Part shown: one piece after another, positions 30,055-38,121 of the stretch
Layout: each line of letters begins with the position of its first letter
Numbering within the stretch: position 1 is the stretch's first letter
Virus record (IMG/VR): IMGVR_UViG_3300009448_000013
Coordinates: 1 to 60,026 of that record
Direction: 5' to 3' (one strand)
Length of the DNA: 60,026 nt
Source: a virus
Taxonomy: Duplodnaviria > Caudoviricetes
The notes under the pieces: model-generated
Database searches by the model: none
Told to the model about the DNA's origin: nothing
What the model saw: only the letters and a program-made list of their open reading frames with translations
Program-made: the position numbers and the translations under genes

Positions 30055-30447
30055 ATGGCCGATAGTGAGCAAGAGCTGTTTTCCAAGTCGTTCATTGCGC
30101 AGGGCAATGGCGACCTCGTGCGCGTCACCGACTACCAGGTGACCTACACGAACAACGGCAAGCAAGTGCACACCCTGCGCGAGGACGGCGCCGGCGTGAC
30201 GCTCGGCGTGCGCGAGAGCACCATCTCGTTCAATTTCGTGCTCGGCGAAAACGGGTTCGAGCGCAACTACATCAAAGACATTCAGGACGGGAAGATTGTC
30301 CAGCTGCGGGCCAAGCCGAGCGGCGGTAAGGTGCTGACCCACAACGGGATTTACACCAAGATTACGCTCGACGCCCCGCTCGACGACGCGACAAAGGGCT
30401 CGATCGAGTTCGTCGGCAAGCTGGAAAAGCAGCGCGCCGCAGCCTAA
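30055..30447 (+). CDS. tail tube protein
   Basis: 130-aa beta-rich ORF directly after the sheath. Confidence 0.75.
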   Translation: MADSEQELFSKSFIAQGNGDLVRVTDYQVTYTNNGKQVHTLREDGAGVTLGVRESTISFNFVLGENGFERNYIKDIQDGKIVQLRAKPSGGKVLTHNGIYTKITLDAPLDDATKGSIEFVGKLEKQRAAA

Positions 30448-30534
30448 GCTCGCCGCCGCCGCGTCCCTTGCGGTCAACGGCCGGCTAGTCGCGGGCCGCG
30501 GGGGCGCAGCAGACCCCAAACCCGGAGGCACACG

Positions 30535-30777
30535 GTGTTTTCAGATCTAGAGTGGTTCGAGTTCAGGCAGCTGCCGCCGCACCTGCAAGCGGTGAGCGTC
30601 AAGTTCCGAGCCCTCGCGCTCGACCTCGCCAAGACGCTGCCCGAAAACGAGCAGAGCCGGCGCATGTTCGAAAAGCTGCTCGAGGCGAAAGACTGCGGCG
30701 TGCGCGCCGCCATCAAGGGGGCGGCCAGCATGGCGACGTCGCCCGGCGCCGGCAGCGACGCGGGGGACAAGCCGTGA
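30535..30777 (+). CDS. small helical-hairpin phage protein (possibly Acb2/Tad1-related)
   Basis: LPPHLQAVS...KLLEAKDCGVRA conserved phage motif; GGAGG RBS. Confidence 0.65.
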   Translation: MFSDLEWFEFRQLPPHLQAVSVKFRALALDLAKTLPENEQSRRMFEKLLEAKDCGVRAAIKGAASMATSPGAGSDAGDKP

Positions 30778-30851
30778 CCCTTCTCCCGTGCAGGCGCCGC
30801 GTGGGCCTCCAAAACCTAACGCGCCGGGTTCAATTCCTGGGCGGGGTGCCA
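30777..30851 (+). tRNA. tRNA-Trp(CCA)-like gene, non-canonical
   Basis: Anticodon loop CTCCAAA, T arm CCGGG-TTCAATT-CCTGG, encoded 3' CCA; one mismatch each in acceptor and anticodon stems; atypical D arm. Confidence 0.65.
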
Positions 30852-30853
30852 TC

Positions 30854-31474
30854 GTGAGCGAGGACAAGGTCGAGCAGGTGGTGCGCCTCGTCCTCGAAAA
30901 CTGGCAAGCGATCGGGGTGGAAGAAAGCAGCGACGGGTTCCTGCACCTGCCGGCGGCCATCAAGCGGCGCAACAAAGACGGCGGGATCAACGAGGTGCGC
31001 GTGATGCTGCGCAATGTCACGAACCCGCAGCGCTTTCGCGCGCGCACGAGCTCGCGCGAGTGGGCCAAGCGCCTGAACCTGGATCTCGACCGCGACGCCG
31101 ACCTCGTCGACGTCCTCGAAAACTACGAGCTGCTCGCGTTCGCGATTCGCGACGCCGACGACGAGGGTTTCACGCAGCACGCGGCGTGCGGCGAGGACCT
31201 TTACAAGCTTTACGATCAGCAGAGCCTCGGCGAGCTGTGGGGCCGTTACGACGCTTGGGTGCGCATGCTGCACCCGTCGTTCGCCGAGTTCGACGGCGAG
31301 AAGATGTGGCAAATCATCGCGCGTATCAGGGGGCGGGCGGACATCACCCCTTTAGCCGCTATGCCTGGTATCGAGCAGGCCAGTTGCATTCTGCTCATGG
31401 CACGGGAAGCCTGCAACTCTCCGAACGCACCCTCTTGGCTGCGATCGTCAGAGACCTCGACACCGGCGGGCTAA
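30854..31474 (+). CDS. tail assembly chaperone; -1 frameshift product ends at 31527
   Basis: Between tube and tape measure; slippery C-CCT-TTA at 31348-31354. Confidence 0.75.
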   Translation: MSEDKVEQVVRLVLENWQAIGVEESSDGFLHLPAAIKRRNKDGGINEVRVMLRNVTNPQRFRARTSSREWAKRLNLDLDRDADLVDVLENYELLAFAIRDADDEGFTQHAACGEDLYKLYDQQSLGELWGRYDAWVRMLHPSFAEFDGEKMWQIIARIRGRADITPLAAMPGIEQASCILLMAREACNSPNAPSWLRSSETSTPAG

Positions 31475-31539
31475 CGCTCGCCGAGCTGCGGTCGCTCCTG
31501 AAGCTGCCGCCGACGTTCGGGGCGTGATACGCTCACCGC

Positions 31540-33573
31540 GTGGCAGAGCGCGAGGCGTCCGTAAAGCTCACCCTCGACGACTCGCAATATATCGTCGAGC
31601 TACGCAAGGCCGGCGACGCCGCCGAGAGCTCCGGTAAGAAGGGCGCCAAAGCCATGGGCCTGTTCGGCCATGGCATCAAGGGCGCGACGAGCGAGCTCAA
31701 GAGCCTCGCCGGCACCGCGAGCAAGGCGATGGGCCTCGTTACGGGGCTCGCCGGCGGGTTCACGGTGGCGGGCGCACTGAAAGGCGCCGTCGAGCTCGAC
31801 AGCGCGTTCAAGCGGCTAGCGTTCCGGGTGAGCCAGGCCACGGGCGAGCAGGTCAAGGCGACCGAGATCCAGCGCGTCGCCGAGCAGGCGGCGGCCAAGA
31901 CGGGTCGGCGCACGGCCGAGATGGCCGAGGCGTACGAGCAGCTATTCGCGGCGACGGGTGATCGCGACTTCGCCGACAACATGCTCGAGACGATGGGCGA
32001 GGCCATGCAGGCGACGGGCGCCGAGATGGGCACTCTCACGACGCTCGCCGATCAGCTGCATACGAAATTCGGCGTCGCCGCCGAGGAAATGGGCGACGTC
32101 TTTGCGCAGGTGTTCGAGCACGCGCAAAAGGGCGGGCCCGCGATGAGCGAGTTTGCCGACGTCGCCGCGACGATGGGCGCCGAGCTCTTGCAGGCCGGCA
32201 TGGGCGGGCGGCGCGGGCTCGACTTCATGCTCGGCGCACTCGTCAAAACCGACGACGAGTTCGGTAACCTCGGCAAGCAGGTCAAGGGCATCAAGCAAAT
32301 CCTGATGAGCCTCGGCGATCAGAACCAGATCAAGGGCCTCGCCAAAACGCTCGGCATCAATCCGAACGTGCTGCTCAATGAGAAAGACCTCATGGGCCGC
32401 ATGCGCAAGGTGCTCGGCATGGGGAAAAAGGGCCTCGACGCCCTCAAGGGCTCGATGCACGAGGCCGAGGAGCAAAAGGCGCTGCGCATCCTGTTCACCG
32501 ACCCGTTCGAGGCGGCACTGAAAGACGCGGAAGCGAGCGGGGCCAAGGGCAAGGCTGCGATCGACAAGGCGCTCGGCGTGCTCGATGGCGGCATGGCCGA
32601 GTTCGGCAAGGCGACGCTGAACGGCGCCGACCTGCAAAAAGAGGCGGCCTCGCGCATGAGCGATCCGCAGGCTCGGCTCACGGCGGCGCTCGAAACGCTC
32701 GAGCGGTCGTTCGCGAGCCCCGAAATCATCGACGCGATCGAGGAGCTCTCGACCTATCTGCCCGACATCGCCAAGGCGTTCGGCGGGTTTGCCAAGTTCG
32801 TCGCGCAAAACCCGCTGCTCGCGGGCGCCATGGGCGTCGGCGGCAGTGCCGCCAAGGGGTTCCTCGTGTCGGCGGGCACCGAACTCGCCTCGGCGCACTG
32901 GAAAGGCGGGCTCAAGGCCGCCGCCAGCATCGAGGGTGCCCACGTGATCGGCGGCATGAAAGCGGGCAACCTGATCAAGGGCGCGGGCGGGCTCGCGGCC
33001 CTCGCCATCGCGGGGGCGCTCGCCAAAGAGCAGATCGACAAATCGTTCGCAGCCAACGCCGAGGCGCAGGGCTCGAGCGCCGTCGCGCTCGCCAAGGCGG
33101 GCTCCAACGCGGGCGGCATCGGCGCCAAACGCGCGCAGGCCGAGGAGCTGCGCAAGGCCATCGACCGCGAGAAAGAAGCGGGCAGCGGCATCTCGGGGTT
33201 CACCCAAGACTTGATGGGCGGGATCGCGACCGTCGCCGGCGTCGGGGGGCCGAACCTGCGCGCGCAAAACGAGGCCCGGATCCAAGAGCTGCAAGGCCTG
33301 CTCGCCAAAAAGGAACGCGAGATCGAGTCGCTCGCCAAGGGGGGCAACTCGACCCCCGTCGCGCCGGGCGCCGACCCCAAGGGCAAGGCCACGGTTGCCG
33401 TCGACGCGGCGGCGCAGAGAGGCGTCGGCAAGGCCGTCGCCGACGCCATGCGGGGCCAGGTGCAGCGCGTCGAGCTCGTCAATCCTGGTGGCGGTATGGG
33501 CGGCGGCGGGGGCATCGGAGGCAGCCGCGGGCCCACACGACCGCCGGCACCCGCGCCGATCGGGGGGTTCTGA
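31540..33573 (+). CDS. tail tape measure protein
   Basis: 677 aa, Ala/Gly-rich and helical, after the chaperone. Confidence 0.85.
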   Translation: MAEREASVKLTLDDSQYIVELRKAGDAAESSGKKGAKAMGLFGHGIKGATSELKSLAGTASKAMGLVTGLAGGFTVAGALKGAVELDSAFKRLAFRVSQATGEQVKATEIQRVAEQAAAKTGRRTAEMAEAYEQLFAATGDRDFADNMLETMGEAMQATGAEMGTLTTLADQLHTKFGVAAEEMGDVFAQVFEHAQKGGPAMSEFADVAATMGAELLQAGMGGRRGLDFMLGALVKTDDEFGNLGKQVKGIKQILMSLGDQNQIKGLAKTLGINPNVLLNEKDLMGRMRKVLGMGKKGLDALKGSMHEAEEQKALRILFTDPFEAALKDAEASGAKGKAAIDKALGVLDGGMAEFGKATLNGADLQKEAASRMSDPQARLTAALETLERSFASPEIIDAIEELSTYLPDIAKAFGGFAKFVAQNPLLAGAMGVGGSAAKGFLVSAGTELASAHWKGGLKAAASIEGAHVIGGMKAGNLIKGAGGLAALAIAGALAKEQIDKSFAANAEAQGSSAVALAKAGSNAGGIGAKRAQAEELRKAIDREKEAGSGISGFTQDLMGGIATVAGVGGPNLRAQNEARIQELQGLLAKKEREIESLAKGGNSTPVAPGADPKGKATVAVDAAAQRGVGKAVADAMRGQVQRVELVNPGGGMGGGGGIGGSRGPTRPPAPAPIGGF

Positions 33574-34568
33574 TGGCGGTGTTCAAGCCGCCCGACACGC
33601 CCGGCGAGCCGCGGCAGCTCATTTTCGAGAGCATGCCGGTTGCGAGCTTCCAGGTCGGCAGCCTGCCCGCGGCGTTTTTCCCGATCGTGGGCGAGCTCAC
33701 CGAGGAAGGCGGGCAGCGCATCGTCCGGCACGTGCGGCCCTACCGCGACGGCGCCAAGCTCGACAGCACGGGCGCGACCGAAATCGAGTTCAACGTGCTG
33801 GCGCTGTTCAACAATTCGATCCGGGAATCCGGGCTCGAGGCGAACAACCGAGCCCTTTACCCGTTCGTGCTGCGGGCGATCGTCGATGCGTTCAAGGCCC
33901 GGCAAACCGGCACGCTCACGCTGCCGACGGTTGGACGCGTCCGGGCCCGGGCCGAAAAGTATCGCCGCTCCGAGAACGTCGGCGCGCGCGACGAGGCGAC
34001 GCTGCAGCTCACGTTCGTGTCCGACAACGAGGACGCCGTCTCGGCCGCGACGTTCCAGCTGCCGACCGTCCGCGCCAGCATGCTCAAACAGGCGTCGCAA
34101 ACGCTGTTTAGCGCCAGCCGCGAGGGCGCCCACGACGCCGACCTAGTGAGCCTCTTTCAGCTGGCCACCGAAATCGAGGCGGCGCTGCTCGCACCCGGGC
34201 GGTCTGTCGCGGATCTGCAATCGCAGGTCAACCGAGCTCGCTCGGCGCTCGGCCGCATTGCGCGCGCGCAAGAGCAGCTCGCCGACGACGTCGGCCTGGC
34301 AGCGAGCGAACCGCGGGGCAGCGAGTTTTTCCGCAACCTGACTCGGCTGCTCGACACCCAAGCGCGCGCGGCCGACGAAAAGTTCGCCTCGCGCCCGCGC
34401 ACCAAGGCGTTCGTCGTCGACGTCGTGCGGACGAATCTGTTCGAGATTGCGGCCCGGTTCAAGCAAGACGCCGCCGAGCTGCTCGACCTGAACAGCGAGC
34501 GGCTCGCCGATCCGATGCACCTCGAAGAGGGCGACGTCGTGCGCGTGTTCGAGACGGGGGCCGTCTAA
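33573..34568 (+). CDS. Mu gpN-like DNA-circularization/tail initiator protein
   Basis: ASFQ...GGQRIVRHVRPYRDG...DSTG; C-terminal LysM-like LLDLN...DP. Confidence 0.8.
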   Translation: MAVFKPPDTPGEPRQLIFESMPVASFQVGSLPAAFFPIVGELTEEGGQRIVRHVRPYRDGAKLDSTGATEIEFNVLALFNNSIRESGLEANNRALYPFVLRAIVDAFKARQTGTLTLPTVGRVRARAEKYRRSENVGARDEATLQLTFVSDNEDAVSAATFQLPTVRASMLKQASQTLFSASREGAHDADLVSLFQLATEIEAALLAPGRSVADLQSQVNRARSALGRIARAQEQLADDVGLAASEPRGSEFFRNLTRLLDTQARAADEKFASRPRTKAFVVDVVRTNLFEIAARFKQDAAELLDLNSERLADPMHLEEGDVVRVFETGAV

Positions 34569-34771
34569 TGCCGGCGTGGCTGCGCACTCTGCTCGGTCTG
34601 CTGCGGCGCGCGCCCGCCGCCGTCGACGCGGCCGAGCAGGTCGTCGACATCGTGAGCGACGTCGTCGACCCCGACGAGCCCGGCGTGCCGCTGTCCCGAG
34701 CGGACGTCGAGCACCAGCAGGCGCAGATCCGAGCGGCGACACGACCACCGGCACGGAAGGCCAAGCCGTGA
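34568..34771 (+). CDS. small hypothetical protein
   Basis: Coupled on both sides. Confidence 0.5.
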   Translation: MPAWLRTLLGLLRRAPAAVDAAEQVVDIVSDVVDPDEPGVPLSRADVEHQQAQIRAATRPPARKAKP

Positions 34772-35922
34772 GCGAATCGCCGTTCGACTCGGTCACCGTC
34801 GAGGCGTACGGCACCCCGCGCGGGCGGTTCAATCTCGCGAGCACGCTCGACTTCAACTTTCGCGACTGGACGGCGTTCGCGCTCACGACCTCGATCACGG
34901 CGCCCGCCGAGGCCAGTTTCGAACTCGGCGATGATTCGGGGTGGGATCGGCTCTCCGAGCTCGTCGGGCTCGGCGCCGAGTTCCGCGTGTTCGTCAACGA
35001 CCGGTGCCGCCTCACGGGTCGGGTCGAGCAATTCACCGCGTCGCTCGACGCGCGGCAGAGCACGACGCAGCGATTTTGCGTGCGCACGCGGCTGTCGGAT
35101 GCCGCTTGCCACTCGGCTCCCGCGGGCATTCGTTTGGCGGGGCAGAGCGTCAAGCAATTCGTCCTCGCCGTGTACGCCGACCTCGGGTTCACCGAGGCCG
35201 ATTTCGACTTTCGCGGCGACGTTTCGCGCGACATCATGACGGGCAAGACGAGCCGCGGCGGCAGACCACCCCGGGCGCTCGAACCGCTCAAAGACGACGA
35301 GGCCAAGGTGAACCCGCCCGAAACCTGCTTTGCCGCCGCCGACCGGCACCTGCGTCGCCACGGGTTCATGCACTGGGATGGCCCCGACGGCAAAATCGTC
35401 GTCGCCGCACCCGACGACGAGCAAGAGCCGCTCGGGGTGCTCACCGCCCGGCGCGACGGGCAGCTGAACAACATCGTTTCGATCGACCGCGACCAGGACG
35501 TTTCACAGGCCCCGACCGAACTCGGCGTGTTCGGCACCGGCGGCAAGGCGGGCGTCGCCCGCGCCAAGGTCTCGGCGATCCGGACGAACGCCGACCTCAT
35601 CGCGAGAGGCTTTCGCCGGCGAGCGGCCATTCTCGACGAGGGCATGCGCACGCGCGAGCTCGCGACACGCCGCGTCGCGCGCGAGTTTTCACAGCGCAAT
35701 CGCGGGCTCGATCGGCTCACGGTCACGGTCGACGGCCTGTCGTATCGCGAGGGGCGAGAGCCGGTGCCGTGGGCGCCCGACACGACCGTCGACGTCGTCG
35801 CCGATCCGCTCGGCGGCGTGCTCGGCGCTTTCTACATCGAGGATGTTCAAATGGCCCGTGCTGCGCAGAGCGGCGACGTCACGCGGCTGTCTCTCGTGCG
35901 CCGCGGAGCGTGGCAATTGTGA
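34768..35922 (+). CDS. baseplate hub (Mu gp44/gpP-like)
   Basis: LTGRVE, VNPPET, WAPDTTVDVVADPLG, TRLSL. Confidence 0.8.
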   Translation: MSESPFDSVTVEAYGTPRGRFNLASTLDFNFRDWTAFALTTSITAPAEASFELGDDSGWDRLSELVGLGAEFRVFVNDRCRLTGRVEQFTASLDARQSTTQRFCVRTRLSDAACHSAPAGIRLAGQSVKQFVLAVYADLGFTEADFDFRGDVSRDIMTGKTSRGGRPPRALEPLKDDEAKVNPPETCFAAADRHLRRHGFMHWDGPDGKIVVAAPDDEQEPLGVLTARRDGQLNNIVSIDRDQDVSQAPTELGVFGTGGKAGVARAKVSAIRTNADLIARGFRRRAAILDEGMRTRELATRRVAREFSQRNRGLDRLTVTVDGLSYREGREPVPWAPDTTVDVVADPLGGVLGAFYIEDVQMARAAQSGDVTRLSLVRRGAWQL

Positions 35923-35994
35923 ATACCCCGGCAGAAGCAATGCGATCAGTGCGAGGTGATACGCCTCTACCGTTCAGAGGTGTTAGCATGGGCC

Positions 35995-36366
35995 ATGGAT
36001 CCGACGGACGACGTCACGGCGCTAATGCAGGCGCAGATCTCGCAAACGATGCTCGAGCACCAGATCGTCGTGCAGGCCTTGCGGGCGCAATCGCTCGTCT
36101 CTTTGCTGTTCGTCCTCGTGCTCGGCTCGCTGATTTTTTTCCTCTATCGGAGGCACGTTTGCTCGAGCGAGGCCTTGATCGAGCAGACCAAGAGGCACTG
36201 TGCAGAGCAGCGCGAGAGGGACGAGAGGCACACGAGCGAACTCAATTCGATGCGCAAACAGCACTCGCTCGATCTGCACTCGCACACGATGCAAATGTTG
36301 CACGCATTCGAGGGTATGGTCTCGCGGAAGCGCGCCGACTCGGGGCCGAGCTCGCGCAGCGGTTGA
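35995..36366 (+). CDS. single-TM membrane protein (holin-like moron)
   Basis: Hydrophobic helix then coiled coil; weaker GC3 bias than neighbours. Confidence 0.55.
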   Translation: MDPTDDVTALMQAQISQTMLEHQIVVQALRAQSLVSLLFVLVLGSLIFFLYRRHVCSSEALIEQTKRHCAEQRERDERHTSELNSMRKQHSLDLHSHTMQMLHAFEGMVSRKRADSGPSSRSG

Positions 36367-36436
36367 TCATCCCGCCGCCGCTGCCGTCGCCCGTCGACGA
36401 GCTCGACGACGATAAAACGCCCACGGCCCTCGTACG

Positions 36437-37213
36437 ATGAGCGCCCTCGATCGCGTCGCGGCATTCGTGAAAGTCGTCGCGAGCGCGCTCTCGCGTGACG
36501 ACACCGAGCCCACGTTCAACGTGACGGCCGTCGGCGGGTTTCGCCTCGACGGCTCGGGCGACGCCACCGGCGAGGACGACAGCGACGAGGGGGGCGAGCA
36601 GGCGGCGGGGCAGGTCGCCTATGGCTCGCTCGGCGTGATCGGCCGACCACTGCCGCCCGAGGGCGACCGGTACGCCGAGGCGGTCGCGCTGCGCGTCGAC
36701 GGCGGCCTTTCGCCGATCGGCTGGCGCGACATGCGCATCAACCGTGCCGTCAATCCGGGTGGCAACGGCGGCACCCCAGCCGAGGGGCAGATCATGCTCG
36801 CGGGCTACGGCGGCGCGTTTCTCTCGCTCGCCAATAAAGACGACGGCGACGACGTGCTCACGCTGTACGTGCCCCACGACAGGAACGGCGACGGCATCCC
36901 GCAAAAGGCGCACGCCATCAGCATCGACCCGGCGGGCGGCATCACGCTCGTGCACGCCGAGGGCGCTCGGATCGATCTGACCGAGGACGGCATCGCGTGG
37001 GCCGTCGACGACGCGACGTTCGGCTCGATGCGAGCGGGCGAGGTGAGCGTGAACGCAGCAAAGATCCTGCTCAAGGGAAACTGCTACCTCGGAGCGCAAG
37101 CCGAGCTCGCGCTGAACGCGCTCTACACCGGCGGCACGCCGCCGGGGCCCGGCCTGCCGCCGCCGCCCGTGCCGCCGCTCACATCGCCGTCGGTGTTTCT
37201 CTCGGTCGTCTGA
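36437..37213 (+). CDS. baseplate spike (Mu gp45-like)
   Basis: YGSLGVIGRP, RDMR, EGQIMLAG; beta-repeat C-terminus. Confidence 0.7.
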   Translation: MSALDRVAAFVKVVASALSRDDTEPTFNVTAVGGFRLDGSGDATGEDDSDEGGEQAAGQVAYGSLGVIGRPLPPEGDRYAEAVALRVDGGLSPIGWRDMRINRAVNPGGNGGTPAEGQIMLAGYGGAFLSLANKDDGDDVLTLYVPHDRNGDGIPQKAHAISIDPAGGITLVHAEGARIDLTEDGIAWAVDDATFGSMRAGEVSVNAAKILLKGNCYLGAQAELALNALYTGGTPPGPGLPPPPVPPLTSPSVFLSVV

Positions 37214-37524
37214 TGGCGTGCGCCTACCCGCCGCCGCCGCTGCCGGGGTTCACGCTGCCATTGCCCGCGTTGCCGAGCTTGCCGAGCGTGCCGTCGTTCC
37301 CTGGACTGCCGGCGCTGCCCGGGCTGCCATCGCCGCCCACGCCGCTGTTTGCGATACCGATCCCCGCGCTGCCGAGCTTGCCGAGCGTGCCGTCGTTCCC
37401 TGGACTGCCGGCGCTGCCCGGGCTGCCATCGCCGCCGCTGCCCGGGTTCACGCTGCCCTTGCCCGCGTTGCCGAGCTTGCCGACGCTGCCCGACTTCCCG
37501 GGCGTGTTCTGCCCGATCCCGTGA
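37213..37524 (+). CDS. proline-rich repeat protein (LPx)n
   Basis: TGATG coupling; internal duplication of about 65 bp; Cys near both ends. Confidence 0.65.
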   Translation: MACAYPPPPLPGFTLPLPALPSLPSVPSFPGLPALPGLPSPPTPLFAIPIPALPSLPSVPSFPGLPALPGLPSPPLPGFTLPLPALPSLPTLPDFPGVFCPIP

Positions 37525-37536
37525 TACGCTCGACGC

Positions 37537-37639
37537 GCCCCGGCAGCAAACGCACCGGACGGCGGCGCAACGGGTTGCGGCAGTGGACCTACCATAAGGT
37601 ACGCCGAGGACACTCCTCGAAGCGCCGTGCTGCCGGGGC
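37537..37639 (+). ncRNA. candidate structured intergenic element (multi-branch, cloverleaf-like)
   Basis: 12-bp closing stem, 6-bp inner stem and three hairpins. Confidence 0.5.
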
Positions 37640-37656
37640 ATGTTAGAGTGCTTCGC

Positions 37657-38103
37657 ATGTCGTCGATCCCCCCCGCTGGCTTTTCGCCTGCCTCGGCGTT
37701 CGACATCATTGGCCACGCCGAGAGCGAGCCGCCGGTCGCGATACTCGCCGACAGCATCGACCCCGCGACGGGCGATTACCGTGCGCTTGACGAGAGCGCC
37801 AGCATCGCCGACGGCCTGGTCGTGAACCTCTTGCGCATTCAGCGCGGATCTGGCGCCGCCGTGCTCGAGTTCGGCCAGCGCTTTCGCGAGGTGCGGCACG
37901 TGACGACCGAAAGCCCCGAGCTCGTCGAGTCGATTGTGCGCGAGGCGCTCGCGCCGGCGAGCGAAGCGGGCATCGTGCGGTTCGACCGGATCGCCGCCGA
38001 GGCCGACCCCTCCGACGGCAGCCAACTGAACGCGGGGATCGAATACATCGACTTGCTCGCTCCACCGCGCGACCAAAACCGCAGGTTCACGTTTACCGAG
38101 TAG
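37657..38103 (+). CDS. baseplate wedge protein (Mu gp46/gp25-like)
   Basis: IQRGS...FGQRF...VREAL; position. Confidence 0.7.
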   Translation: MSSIPPAGFSPASAFDIIGHAESEPPVAILADSIDPATGDYRALDESASIADGLVVNLLRIQRGSGAAVLEFGQRFREVRHVTTESPELVESIVREALAPASEAGIVRFDRIAAEADPSDGSQLNAGIEYIDLLAPPRDQNRRFTFTE

Positions 38104-38121
38104 CAAGGTCCGATAAACGAC

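Noticed and set aside
30788-30853. N-terminal extension of the chaperone ORF (MQAPRG...)
   Set aside because: It overlaps the tRNA-like gene; GTG 30854 is the more plausible start.
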